NCBI GenBank assembly: GCA_963745235.1
Contig: CAVUXE010000003.1
Span: 64,001-128,000, forward strand
DNA: 64,000 nucleotides
From: an uncultured Spirochaetota bacterium
GTDB lineage: Bacteria; Spirochaetota; Spirochaetia; SZUA-6; Fen-1364
Direction of reading: 5' to 3'
Part shown: positions 12,057 to 21,553 of the stretch, piece by piece
Position numbering within the stretch: the stretch's first letter is position 1
How the letters are laid out: each line of letters starts with the position of its first letter
Notes under the pieces: generated by a model
Database searches by the model: none
Told to the model about the DNA's origin: nothing
Seen by the model: only the letters and a program-made list of their open reading frames with translations
Program-made: the position numbers and the translations under genes

Positions 12057-12515
12057 TCACGAGCGTTCGAGCTCGCCGAGCCGCAGGTAATCGTAAAGTT
12101 CTTTGAGCCCTCGGTCCATTCTTCTTGCCAGAGCCCTCGCAAGGACGGCTCGAAGGGAAGGGACCAGGAGCAGGTATCCGAGCAGGTCCGTCAGGAAGCC
12201 GGGGGTGACCAGAAAAATGGCGCCTGCCAGGATCCCCAGGAGATCGACGAACTCAGGCCCCGGGTACTCCCTTCTGCGGATCTTTCCCCGCAGGCGCTCC
12301 AGGGCGTCCTGCACCTGGTTCTGGGCAACGAGCACGCCGGGGAGTCCCACGAGCACCGCAAGGACCAGCACGAGCCAGTTCCTGACCAGCGTGGTGAGAT
12401 AGATGAAGAAGACTATTTCGGCGAGCGGAACCAGGGAAAACAACAGGAGCGCAAAGATCAGCTTGAACAGAAAGTCTTTCTCGATGAGTTGGATGAACAG
12501 TCGTAGCTCTCTCAT
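12057..12515 (-). CDS. fxsA: FxsA family membrane protein
   Basis: VPLAEI and LVTPGFLTDLLG motifs. Confidence 0.85.
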   Translation of the reverse strand: MRELRLFIQLIEKDFLFKLIFALLLFSLVPLAEIVFFIYLTTLVRNWLVLVLAVLVGLPGVLVAQNQVQDALERLRGKIRRREYPGPEFVDLLGILAGAIFLVTPGFLTDLLGYLLLVPSLRAVLARALARRMDRGLKELYDYLRLGELERS

Positions 12516-12565
12516 GATGCGGGGAGTGTAGCAGGACCGGGGAAGGTCTGTCAGGCCGGGGGCGG

Positions 12566-12751
12566 TCAGGCTTCTGTGTCGATCTTTGTTCCCAGGGATG
12601 CGTCTTCGACCTTCTCCTGCACCTGGGCCTTCATGATCTTCTCAGCGATGCCCATTGACTGGTCGTTCGCATTCTTCAGAATGTCCGCGAGTCCCTGGAT
12701 GGATCGAGCCAGCTCTGCAACCGAAGCCCCGTGACCAATATCTGCGATCAT
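12566..12751 (-). CDS. Small YjfB-like putative motility protein
   Basis: 61 aa ending LGTKIDTEA; sigma28-type promoter directly upstream. Confidence 0.65.
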   Translation of the reverse strand: MIADIGHGASVAELARSIQGLADILKNANDQSMGIAEKIMKAQVQEKVEDASLGTKIDTEA

Positions 12752-12757
12752 ACGATC

Positions 12758-12784
12758 TTATCGGCAGCACACGGCATAATTTTC
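12758..12784 (-). promoter_or_regulatory. sigma28 (FliA/SigD) promoter
   Basis: GAAA-N15-GCCGATAA on the minus strand; the -10 is a perfect consensus match, 6 nt before the ATG. Confidence 0.75.
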
Positions 12785-12807
12785 ACGCGGGACGCCCGTT
12801 TCCTCGT

Positions 12808-12836
12808 TTGACTGCTTTCGCAATTTGAGTTATCTT
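12808..12836 (+). promoter_or_regulatory. sigma70 promoter of the GT2/acyltransferase pair
   Basis: TTGACT-N17-TATCTT; AGGAG RBS before ATG 12887. Confidence 0.6.
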
Positions 12837-12886
12837 AAGCATAGGCTGTCTATGCATCGATTCTCTATGCATAACAGGAGCTCGTA

Positions 12887-14038
12887 ATGTTCACCATTGC
12901 CGCATTTCTCGGGCGCGCGCTGCCGGCGCTCTTCATCCTCGGAACCCTGTACTTCCTTCTGCTTTCAGCCTCGAACGTTCTGTGGCTGCGGCTGAGCTCG
13001 CGGCCGCCCCGCATCAGGCGGGGCAGAATGGTCTCCGTCCTGATCCCGGCGCGGGACGAGGAGGAGAACATCGGCGCCTGCATTGATTCGCTCCTGACCC
13101 AGAGCTACACCAACTACGAGATCGTGGCTCTCGACGACCAGTCCCACGACGGCACGTGGAATATCATCGAGGGTTTCGCCCGCCGTTTCCCCGACCGCGT
13201 GCGGGGAATCCGGGGAAAGCCTCTTCCGGCGAGCGGATGGAGCGGGAAGACGCATGCCATGCAGCAGCTTGCCCGCCACGCGCGCGGGGAGTACCTGATG
13301 TTCACGGACGCGGACACGGTGCATGGCCGGGACAGCATCTCGTGGGCGGTGACGAACATTGAGGCGCACCGGGCGGACTGCATCTCCGGGTACGTTTTCC
13401 AGGAGCTCGCGACGCTGGGGGAGCTTTTCATAGTTCCCACCATCTACATAATGAGCGCGATGGTCCTCCCCCTGTGGCTCATCGGCGCCACAAGGACCCC
13501 CGGGCTTTCTTTCGCCATCGGCCAGCTCATTGTGTTCCGCCGCAGCGCCTTCGAGGCGATTGGCGGGTATGCGTCGGTCAGGGGACAGATCAGCGATGAC
13601 GTCGCCATAGCGCGGGAGCTGAAGCGGGCCGGCTTCAGACAGGTGTTCCTGGACATGCGCAGGCACGTGAGATGCCGGATGTACAGCGGCTACCGGGCGT
13701 CCTTCAACGGCATCGCCAAGAACATCTACGACTTCGCCAAGCACAGGACGCTCTTCCTCGCCGCCGCCATCACGCTCCTGGTCGGGCTCGTCGTGTTCCC
13801 CTTCGCGCTGCTCCCCGTTCTCCTGGTGACGGGAAATCCTGCAATCCAGTTCGCGTCCCTGTGCGTCGTTCTTTTCCTGGCCGCGTGGACGCTTGCCCTC
13901 TATGATCGCGGACTGCCCTGGTGGTCGCCCCTTCTCTACCCCGTCATGTTCCTTCACCTTCTCTACATGGCCTGGTGGAGCATCGCACGGGCGTTCGGCG
14001 GCCATGCGGTGGTCTGGAAGGGGCGCGCGCTGCGATGA
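12887..14038 (+). CDS. Family 2 glycosyltransferase (CrtQ/CruC/HpnB-like)
   Basis: VLIPARDEE, DDQSHDGT, GWSGK, FTDAD, CRMY motifs; C-terminal TMs. Confidence 0.88.
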   Translation: MFTIAAFLGRALPALFILGTLYFLLLSASNVLWLRLSSRPPRIRRGRMVSVLIPARDEEENIGACIDSLLTQSYTNYEIVALDDQSHDGTWNIIEGFARRFPDRVRGIRGKPLPASGWSGKTHAMQQLARHARGEYLMFTDADTVHGRDSISWAVTNIEAHRADCISGYVFQELATLGELFIVPTIYIMSAMVLPLWLIGATRTPGLSFAIGQLIVFRRSAFEAIGGYASVRGQISDDVAIARELKRAGFRQVFLDMRRHVRCRMYSGYRASFNGIAKNIYDFAKHRTLFLAAAITLLVGLVVFPFALLPVLLVTGNPAIQFASLCVVLFLAAWTLALYDRGLPWWSPLLYPVMFLHLLYMAWWSIARAFGGHAVVWKGRALR

Positions 14039-14875
14039 ATGGAAGAGAACCAAAGAAAAAACATGGCATATCGAAAAGGGAATGACATCGTGGGGTTCAC
14101 CCCCTCGTTCCTGCCCTTCCGGGCGGTGTTCCGGATGGTGATGCTGCCCGTGCACCTGGTGAACTGGCTGTTCTACCGGACGCGCGTCAGGGGGAGGGAG
14201 AACCTCGGCGGGGAGGCAGGCCCGACCCGGCCCGCGGGCGCAATCCTTGTCAGCAACCACACAATGATGATGGACCCGGCCGTGATCGCCCATGCGCTGG
14301 GCCGGCGCCGGACCTACTTCACCATGCTGGAGGAGACGGCGCTGATCCCGTACCTCGGCACCTTCGTGCGGCTGCTTGGCGCCCTCCCCATTCCCGAGGG
14401 GCCGGGCGCCCTGCTCTCAATGGAGGGCGCCGCAAACCGCGCGCTCTCCGAGATGGGCCTCATTCACTTCTTCCCCGAGGGGGAGTGCTACCGCTGGAGC
14501 CAGGACATCCAGCCCTTCAGGCCCGGAGCATTCCTCCTTGCCTGTCGCCTCGGTCTGCCCGTGATCCCCATGACCACCGTTCTGCACGAGAGGAGGTGGC
14601 GCGGACGCACCAGCGTCCGCGTCCTTGGGCGGACGGTGCCTGTCCCCCCGGTCGTGACGGTGATCATCGGCAGACCCATCATGCCCCCCGCGGCGCCGGA
14701 CCCTCACGCGCTGCGGGGCGCCGCGTTGCGCATGGGCGTCCAGGTGAGAGCGCTGATGCAGGAGAGCATTGATGCGCTGGGAGGCAGCCGCGACATCTAT
14801 CGCGGGAGGATGCCGCGGCTGGTGAAAAAGCCCGTGATGGACGGACAGCCGCTGGCGGCTCGGCGGGCGGGCTGA
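14039..14875 (+). CDS. Lysophospholipid/PlsC-family acyltransferase (alternative start 14063)
   Basis: SNHTMMMD (HX4D), FFPEG, FRPGAF. Confidence 0.88.
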   Translation: MEENQRKNMAYRKGNDIVGFTPSFLPFRAVFRMVMLPVHLVNWLFYRTRVRGRENLGGEAGPTRPAGAILVSNHTMMMDPAVIAHALGRRRTYFTMLEETALIPYLGTFVRLLGALPIPEGPGALLSMEGAANRALSEMGLIHFFPEGECYRWSQDIQPFRPGAFLLACRLGLPVIPMTTVLHERRWRGRTSVRVLGRTVPVPPVVTVIIGRPIMPPAAPDPHALRGAALRMGVQVRALMQESIDALGGSRDIYRGRMPRLVKKPVMDGQPLAARRAG

Positions 14876-14878
14876 GGG

Positions 14879-15106
14879 TCAGTCGCTGATACCCTTCTTC
14901 GGGTCCGGCGGGTTTTCTTTCAGGTACTCGTGCTCGAAGCGAACCTGGTCAACGAGGTCCTTGATCTTCCATTCCAGGTTGGTCGGTGTCGTAATGGCAA
15001 ACGCAATCTCCCCGGGGTCGGGGGCCGCCGCCTTGACGGCGCGCATCATGGCGACTGCCTCTTCGTTGGAAAAACCGTGTATCAGGATCAGCTTCCCTTC
15101 GCGCAT
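14879..15106 (-). CDS. DUF3783-like small protein
   Basis: ILIHGFS..FAITTPTNLEWKIKDL..EHEY pattern. Confidence 0.75.
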   Translation of the reverse strand: MREGKLILIHGFSNEEAVAMMRAVKAAAPDPGEIAFAITTPTNLEWKIKDLVDQVRFEHEYLKENPPDPKKGISD

Positions 15107-15197
15107 GCCCTCCAACGTATACGCAAGCTGGGACCGGGGTCAAATCCTTCCCTTGAATCTTGCCGCGCCCGCGGCGCTGATATAGATTCTAACTGGT

Positions 15198-15809
15198 ATG
15201 GGTGACGCCTCGGGCCCCGCGGATGAGCCCCGCTATCTCGGGGGCTACCTCCTCATTTCAGATATCAACCTGATGGACCCGAACTTCCACCGCTCCGTTG
15301 TGCTCATGATAACGCATGATGACAACGGCGCCTTCGGGCTCGTGGTGAACAGGCCGTCGCGGTTCACCCTGGGGGAGCTTGCAGAGGGCATGGGGGAGTC
15401 GCCGGCTGCCTCCATCCCGGTCTACATCGGCGGCCCGCTGCAGCAGGAGTTCCTGTTCATCCTGCACGCCGAGTTCCCGGGAAGCACGGGAAGCGAGCAC
15501 ACGGAACGGCCGGCGGACGGGGTAGTGTTCGAGCCTGCCACGCAGTCAGTCGTTGACTACCTGAAGGATGAATGGAGCCCCCTGCCGGAAGCGGAGCGAC
15601 CGTCCGTCCGGCTCTACGCGGGGTACGCCGGGTGGGGCCCGGGACAGGTAGAGGGCGAGCTGAAGTCCGAGGCCTGGGTTGTCCTCAAGGCCACCCCGGA
15701 GATCGTCTTTCACCGCAACCCCGAGCAGGGATGGTCGGATGCCTTCGGGCAAAAAGGGCCGCTGCACCAGATCATACTCCAGACAGGTTTCAAGCCGTCC
15801 ATGAACTGA
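15198..15809 (+). CDS. YqgE/AlgH (UPF0301) family protein
   Basis: DPNFHRSVV, GLVVNRP, YIGGP, GYAGWGPGQ. Confidence 0.92.
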   Translation: MGDASGPADEPRYLGGYLLISDINLMDPNFHRSVVLMITHDDNGAFGLVVNRPSRFTLGELAEGMGESPAASIPVYIGGPLQQEFLFILHAEFPGSTGSEHTERPADGVVFEPATQSVVDYLKDEWSPLPEAERPSVRLYAGYAGWGPGQVEGELKSEAWVVLKATPEIVFHRNPEQGWSDAFGQKGPLHQIILQTGFKPSMN

Positions 15810-15893
15810 GTGAGCTGAGCGCGCCCTTGCGGCCGCTGCTGTTTTGACCTATACCTGTCCCGTCCGAGCGAATGAGAAAAAAGTGAGCGTCCC

Positions 15894-17024
15894 ATGGTGA
15901 AAGTATTGTTCATAGATGATGATCCCGAAGCCCATCGGACAATGAAGCACGTCCTTCCTGATCCATACCTGCTCGTCTCCGCGTGCACAGGGGAGGCCGG
16001 GCTCTCCGCGGCAGCCAGCGAAGGGCCGGACGTGGTCATCCTGGACATCAACCTGCCCGATGTTGACGGGATTGCCGTTCTCAGACGCCTGGTGAGCACG
16101 CACGCTCCACCCCCCGTCGTGATGCTGTCAGCGCTGAGTGACGCCCGGCTCATCCGGGATGCACTTCTCGGCGGCGCGGTCGACTACATCGTGAAGCCGT
16201 TTGACCTGAAGGAGCTGCTGGGCGCCTTGCGCACGGCGGTGATCAACTCTGACGCGCGTCGCCAGGCGGCCGGGGCCCTGGGAGAGACGCTCCTGGCCGG
16301 GCTGCTCGGGGAGAATCACCTGATGAAGGAAGTGAAGCAGCTCATCCTGCGCTACGCCCCGTCGGATTCTCCCGTGCTCGTGCAGGGGGAGAGTGGGACA
16401 GGGAAAGAGCTGGTGGCTCGCTCCCTGCATGAGGCATCGCGGCGACGGGAGGCTCCCTGCGTTGCCATCAACTGCGGCGCCCTCCCCGAGACGCTCCTGG
16501 AGACCGAGCTGTTCGGCTCCGAGAGAGGAGCGTTCACGGACGCAGTCACGCGGCCGGGGAGCTTCGAGCGCGCCAACGGGGGCACCCTTTTCCTGGACGA
16601 GATCGGTGACATGTCCCTTCCCGCCCAGGCGCGCCTGCTGCGGGTCATCGAGCAGAGGGAGCTCACGCGAGTAGGGGGAAGCAGGTCCATCGTCCTGGAC
16701 GTGCGCGTGGTATCCGCGACGCACCGAAACCTGCGCGCGGAGGTGGCGCGCGGTTCGTTTCGCGCGGACCTCTTCTACCGCCTGGGAGTGCTGCCCATCC
16801 GGGTGCCCGCCCTCCGCGAACGTTCAGACGACATCCCGCTCCTGGCGGCGCACTTCCTCGCGGTCCTGGGAGGGCCGAGTTCAACCCTGGACAACGGCGC
16901 GCTGGATGCGCTGTGCGCACATCCCTGGCCGGGCAACGTCCGCGAGCTTCGAAACGTCCTGGAAAGGGCTGCGCTCAACGCGGGGGGCCAGCGCATCATG
17001 GCGCGCCACATCAGCTTCGATTAG
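15894..17024 (+). CDS. NtrC-family sigma54 activator (receiver + AAA+) lacking the C-terminal HTH
   Basis: Receiver DD/D/K; GESGTGKE, GAFTDA, LFLDEI, FRADLFYRL, WPGNVREL; stop follows within about 20 residues. Confidence 0.9.
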   Translation: MVKVLFIDDDPEAHRTMKHVLPDPYLLVSACTGEAGLSAAASEGPDVVILDINLPDVDGIAVLRRLVSTHAPPPVVMLSALSDARLIRDALLGGAVDYIVKPFDLKELLGALRTAVINSDARRQAAGALGETLLAGLLGENHLMKEVKQLILRYAPSDSPVLVQGESGTGKELVARSLHEASRRREAPCVAINCGALPETLLETELFGSERGAFTDAVTRPGSFERANGGTLFLDEIGDMSLPAQARLLRVIEQRELTRVGGSRSIVLDVRVVSATHRNLRAEVARGSFRADLFYRLGVLPIRVPALRERSDDIPLLAAHFLAVLGGPSSTLDNGALDALCAHPWPGNVRELRNVLERAALNAGGQRIMARHISFD

Positions 17025-17037
17025 CGGTCTGAGGGGC

Positions 17038-17514
17038 CTATTCCACCGAGCGGACGAAGAAGCCCTGGACGACGACCCGTTTGTCTCCCATGGGCGATCT
17101 TGTCACCTCGACGGGGCGGCCGACCACGATCACGCGGGAGTTGATTGCGATGGTTCCCACAACCGGGTTTCTTGGCGGCCGTGCGGGGAAGACCTTGAAA
17201 TATTCCGGGCCGGTGAAATCGACATAGCAGGAGTAGCTCTTCACGTCCTCCGTGCCGATCCACTCTCCCGTGATGACCTCTATCCGTACGCGAAAGGACG
17301 CTTCCTTCTGATCGACAACGTCCACGTCGGAGACCGTGCCGTTGATGATGACCATCTTCCCTGACGGCAGGCTCTCACGGCCTTCCGCGACGGCGGCGAG
17401 GTCTTTCAGCGTAATGGAAAAATCGACCACTCTCTCGAAGTCCGCGCGGGAAATGGCGTGTGCGGCGGTGGTGAGGACCAGGCTCATCATGACGGCGGGC
17501 AGGATTCTTCGCAT
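17038..17514 (-). CDS. Hypothetical exported protein (possible OB-fold)
   Basis: Signal peptide ending AHA; AGGAG RBS; beta-rich sequence. Confidence 0.7.
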   Translation of the reverse strand: MRRILPAVMMSLVLTTAAHAISRADFERVVDFSITLKDLAAVAEGRESLPSGKMVIINGTVSDVDVVDQKEASFRVRIEVITGEWIGTEDVKSYSCYVDFTGPEYFKVFPARPPRNPVVGTIAINSRVIVVGRPVEVTRSPMGDKRVVVQGFFVRSVE

Positions 17515-17535
17515 GGGAGACTCCTTGCGGCAATA

Positions 17536-18279
17536 CTATGGAGGATTGGATTCGGGGTCAATTCCTCTCTTCGTGATGAGCCCCGCGATCTTGCGGAAAA
17601 TGACGCCGATGTGCCTGGCTTCGTTCACCGAGAGCCCCGCGCGTCCCAGGATGTCCTTGAAAAAGACGGCCATCTGGTCGGGGCCGACCAGGTGGAAAAA
17701 GCCGATGCGCTTCAGCGAGCGCGTTATGACGGATACCAGCGAGTCGAGCTCCGCCACGCTCACGGGAGAGAAAGGCGTCAGGTGCCCGGAGGAACGTGCC
17801 CGGAAGATTTCGTAGCATATCACCTGCACGGCGTGGGAAAGATTCAGCGATGGGAACTCCCGCGATGCCGGTATGGTGACCGCGAGGTGACAGAGGGAGA
17901 GCTCCTCGTCGGTCAGGCCTGTCTCCTCGTTGCCGAAGAGGACCGCGATAGTTCCGGCCCCCAGGGATGCCACCCGTTCTCCGAGCTGCTCGGGGAAAAT
18001 GCTGAAATACTTGCGGTTCCTGCCCCGCCGGCGCGTGGTACCGGCGACCAGGACCGCATCCTTCACCGCGTCGGAAAGCCGGGGATAGATGGTGGCGCTG
18101 TCCAGCACGTCCGCCGCGTAGTGCGCCAGTGTGCGCGCCTGCGTCGGATCCAGGATCGCGTCCGGCACGATGCCAAGGGAGGTAATGCCCATGCACTTCA
18201 TGGCGCGGCAGGCCGCCCCGACATTCCGCGGGTCCCGCGGCCGGACAAGCACCACCCTCACATCGGTTTGACCGCTCAT
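17536..18279 (-). CDS. trmJ: TrmJ/LasT-family tRNA/rRNA 2'-O-methyltransferase
   Basis: NVGAACRAMK, FGNEETGL, SLNLSHAV SPOUT motifs; start set to ATG 18279. Confidence 0.9.
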   Translation of the reverse strand: MSGQTDVRVVLVRPRDPRNVGAACRAMKCMGITSLGIVPDAILDPTQARTLAHYAADVLDSATIYPRLSDAVKDAVLVAGTTRRRGRNRKYFSIFPEQLGERVASLGAGTIAVLFGNEETGLTDEELSLCHLAVTIPASREFPSLNLSHAVQVICYEIFRARSSGHLTPFSPVSVAELDSLVSVITRSLKRIGFFHLVGPDQMAVFFKDILGRAGLSVNEARHIGVIFRKIAGLITKRGIDPESNPP

Positions 18280-18394
18280 ACGGCAACGAGAGTAGCCGAA
18301 AAGCTCCCGACGAAGGAAGTATTCGAAGAAAATCCAAGGCAATCTCAGCGCGCGAGCGCTCATGAAGCTTGCGACAGCAGCCGAAAAGCTGATT

Positions 18395-19051
18395 ATGAAG
18401 AAATGTCTTTTCCTCCTGATGACCTGCCTGTGTCTTCCCGCGGATGCCCTGGACTGGGAGCTCCCCGTCTTCACCCTCAGGTACGAGCTGGCGCATGGTG
18501 TGCGCGAAGACCCCGAGGAGGAAACCCTCCTCCCCTCGTCGCTGCGAAACACTGCATCCCTTCGGATCAAGGAGGTCGCTGACCCCGCCGTGTTCGATCT
18601 GACCGTTCGCTACTCCCTGAAGAACTACTTCCTGGCGACCGGGGACTACAGCTATCTGGAGCTGGAGCATGAGCAGAGCTGGCGAGTGAGCGATGCTTTG
18701 AAGCTGGGGTTCCTTGTGGGCGCAAAGAAGGTCGACTTTCCCGACCCCGACGCGGAGGGCTGGGTCAAGGACTACCTGTCCTTCAAGGTCGGGCCCACGG
18801 CGTCCCTGGAGATAGCCGAAGGAACGAAACTGGACGGCACGGTCAGCGCCCGCTACGACATGGCGGAGAACCAGGCCAGGTCGTTCCAGGCATACGTGCT
18901 TTCCACCGGCCTGACCACGCGGATGGACGGGTGGCAGGTTGCCGCACGCTACCGCGGGGAGTTCCGGCTTCCCTTTGACCAGGCGAGCGCCGTCGGTCGG
19001 CTCGGCTACAACACGTGCAGCCTCACCCTCCAGTGGGACCCCTCGAAATGA
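18395..19051 (+). CDS. Hypothetical exported, possibly outer-membrane beta-barrel protein
   Basis: Signal peptide MKKCLFLL..ADA; amphipathic beta-strands; ends SLTLQWDPSK. Confidence 0.65.
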   Translation: MKKCLFLLMTCLCLPADALDWELPVFTLRYELAHGVREDPEEETLLPSSLRNTASLRIKEVADPAVFDLTVRYSLKNYFLATGDYSYLELEHEQSWRVSDALKLGFLVGAKKVDFPDPDAEGWVKDYLSFKVGPTASLEIAEGTKLDGTVSARYDMAENQARSFQAYVLSTGLTTRMDGWQVAARYRGEFRLPFDQASAVGRLGYNTCSLTLQWDPSK

Positions 19052-19084
19052 CCGGCGCGGGTGCGGCCATAACTCCTCCTCTAT

Positions 19085-19183
19085 TTGACAAGTGTGCGGG
19101 AAAGACGATAAGATATTCAGGATCCGGTATCGTGATTGTCGTTCGACGAAACCCTTGCGGCACACATGCGCGGGGACTATACT
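19085..19183 (+). promoter_or_regulatory. Two tandem sigma70 promoters upstream of the STAS-PspA cluster
   Basis: TTGACA-N18-TAAGAT (19085-19114) and TTGCGG-N17-TATACT (19155-19183). Confidence 0.55.
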
Positions 19184-19223
19184 AGAATGGACCAAAGGGT
19201 ATCTTTGAAGGCAAAGGGGCGCC

Positions 19224-19775
19224 ATGAGTAACAACGAGATAGTTCAAGGTTTCGACGACGAAAAGGACGACAGCCTCAAGATTCGCCTCCAGAAGATCGA
19301 CGACACAGACGGGTGCCTTGTTCTGTACCTCACGGGCTACATCGACACCTATAACTCGAACTATTTTCAAAAGCGTGTTGCCAAGGCGATCGAGGGAAAC
19401 TTCATCAAGTTGATCTTCCATTGCGCTGGCTTGAACTACGTCTCCAGCACCGGGATCGGCTCCTTCACGGCATTCCTGAAAGCCGTCAAGCCGCGCGGCG
19501 GTGACCTTGTGCTCCTTGAAATCCAGCCGAAGGTCTACGAGGTTTTCCAGCTCCTCGGGTTCTCCCAGTTCTTCAACATCAAGGAAAACCTTGATGAAGC
19601 GGTGTCGTTCTTCGCGGCACGCGGGGAGGAGGGCAAGGGGAACATCTTCCCCCGCATCTTCAAGTGTCCCATCTGCAGCAAGAAGCTCAAGGCATCCAAG
19701 GCGGGAAGGTTCCGCTGCTCGGAGTGCAAAACAATACTCGCCATTGACAACGCCGGTCAGGTATTTTTAGGTTGA
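19224..19775 (+). CDS. STAS anti-sigma-factor antagonist with a C-terminal zinc ribbon
   Basis: LTGYID, LNYVSSTGIG, VFQLLG; CPIC..CSEC. Confidence 0.9.
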   Translation: MSNNEIVQGFDDEKDDSLKIRLQKIDDTDGCLVLYLTGYIDTYNSNYFQKRVAKAIEGNFIKLIFHCAGLNYVSSTGIGSFTAFLKAVKPRGGDLVLLEIQPKVYEVFQLLGFSQFFNIKENLDEAVSFFAARGEEGKGNIFPRIFKCPICSKKLKASKAGRFRCSECKTILAIDNAGQVFLG

Positions 19776-19785
19776 CGGCTGATCC

Positions 19786-20175
19786 ATGACCGCCCGGGAG
19801 AAAATAGAAAGCTACCTCGTCCGACTTGCCCTCAGCTTCCAGCAGCCAACCGCCGGTACCTGGGTGGTCTCGGACGCCCAGAGAGGGCTCCACAACCTCA
19901 TCATCGCCCTGACGGACTCCCTGGTGGTCATGAGAATGAACGTCATGGAGGTGCCTGCAACCGGCAAAGAAAAGCTCTTCGAAGAGCTGCTTCGGCTCAA
20001 CGCCGCTGACCTTGTCCACGGCGCCTACGGGATAGATGGCCGCAGCGTCATCCTCATCGACACCCTGGAGGCGGAGGGAATGGGTCTGGAAGAGTTCGAG
20101 TCCTCCCTTGATGCCATCGGCCTCGCCGTTGCGCAGCATTACCGCATCCTCTCCGCCTACCGCGTGAAAGCTTGA
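19786..20175 (+). CDS. YbjN/CesT-like (T3SS-chaperone fold) protein
   Basis: LFEELLRLNA.DLVHGAYG pattern; directly upstream of pspA. Confidence 0.75.
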   Translation: MTAREKIESYLVRLALSFQQPTAGTWVVSDAQRGLHNLIIALTDSLVVMRMNVMEVPATGKEKLFEELLRLNAADLVHGAYGIDGRSVILIDTLEAEGMGLEEFESSLDAIGLAVAQHYRILSAYRVKA

Positions 20176-20187
20176 CAGGAGAAATCC

Positions 20188-20884
20188 ATGGGGATTCTTG
20201 AAAGAATACGCACTGTTCTCAAATCGAATATCAACGCCCTCATCAGCAAGGCGGAAGACCCTGAGAAGATGCTGAACCAGCTCATCATCGACATGAACGA
20301 GCAGCTCCTGGAGGCCAAGAAGCAGGTCGCCATGGCCATCGCGGACGAGAAGAAGCTCGAGCGGCAGACGCTGGAGAACAAGGGGCAGGCCGAGGACTGG
20401 GAAAAGAAGGCCATGCTCGCCGTCAAGGCGGGCAAGGATGACCTGGCCAAGGAAGCGCTGCTGCGCAAGCAGGAATACGATGGCTACGCGAGCTCCTTCC
20501 AGAAGGAGTACGACAGCCAGCACACCGCCGTGGAACAGCTCAAGGACGCCCTGCGTCAGCTTTCCGGGCAAGATCGATGAGGCCAGCCGAAAGAAGAACC
20601 TCCTCATCGCGCGGGCCAAGCGTGCCGAGGCGCAGAAGCAGATCCAGCAGACCATGGGCTCCCTCAGCGCCGGCTCATCCTTCGACACCTTCGACCGCAT
20701 GGCGGAGAAGGTGGACCAGATAGAGGCGGAAGCGGACGCCATGAAGGAGCTCGGAGAGGTGACCGCGGACCAGAAGCTGGAGGACAAGTTCAAAGAGCTC
20801 GAGTCATCGGACTCCAGCGCGGACAAGATGCTGGAAGATCTCAAGGCCAAGATGGGGCAGATTGAAGACAAAGAAAAAAAGTGA
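20188..20884 (+). CDS. pspA: PspA/IM30 family protein, split by a +1 indel near 20567
   Basis: SNINALISKAEDPEKML, DLAKEAL, FDRMAEKV..EAEADA; extra G in TCCGGGCAAG. Confidence 0.92.
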
Positions 20885-21500
20885 CCCCCGGTTCACCGTG
20901 CGGATGATCGGGCTCGACACAGTGATGTTCGAACGAGTGAGGGCTTCCCTGCGGGGAAGCCCGTTTCATTTCGAGAGAGAAGGCCCGGGAGACGGCAGCC
21001 CGGCGGAGCAGCCGGATCTCTACGTTGCGCGGGCGGAAGACCTGGGCCTGCTCTCCAGCGGGGGGACCCCCGTCATGGCCTGCGGTCCCGCCGGTCTCCT
21101 GCGTTCCGCGTTCCTGGGAGGATGCGCGGATTACCTTCGCGAGCCCTGGCTCCCGGAAGAGCTCGAGCTTCGCGCGTTGGCGATTCTCTCCCGGGAGCGC
21201 CGCCGGTTCCAGTTTCCCTGGGGGACAGTGTGCTTTGAAGGACAGGACCTGCGCACCCCGACAGGGCTCGTGCGCCTCACTCATGGGGAGTCCAGGATTC
21301 TCCGGCTCCTCCTTCGCGCCAGAGGAGAACCGGTCCCGCGCGCGGCAATTGCGTTCGATCTCTGGGGGAGCCCGGCACGGGCCGCCGGCAGGGCAATCGA
21401 CATGCACGTCGCCTGCGTCAGGAAGAAAGTCAGGCGCGTGGAGACGGCCGCGGGCCGGTTCATTACCTGCGTGAGGGGCAGGGGGTATATGATCCCATGA
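20862..21500 (+). CDS. Atypical response regulator: degenerate receiver + OmpR-type winged helix (start uncertain)
   Basis: GCADYLREPW, LTHGESRIL, RAIDMHVACVRKK, VRGRGY; no phosphoacceptor Asp visible. Confidence 0.75.
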   Translation: MKTKKKSDPRFTVRMIGLDTVMFERVRASLRGSPFHFEREGPGDGSPAEQPDLYVARAEDLGLLSSGGTPVMACGPAGLLRSAFLGGCADYLREPWLPEELELRALAILSRERRRFQFPWGTVCFEGQDLRTPTGLVRLTHGESRILRLLLRARGEPVPRAAIAFDLWGSPARAAGRAIDMHVACVRKKVRRVETAAGRFITCVRGRGYMIP

Positions 21501-21553
21501 CCGCACGGGCTCGTCTTTGCAAACTCCCGACGGGATGATACGCTGGGGGACCG

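Noticed and set aside
14036-14041. In-frame TGA between the GT2 and acyltransferase genes as selenocysteine or read-through
   Set aside because: No Cys-equivalent position or SECIS-like hairpin; both proteins are complete on their own
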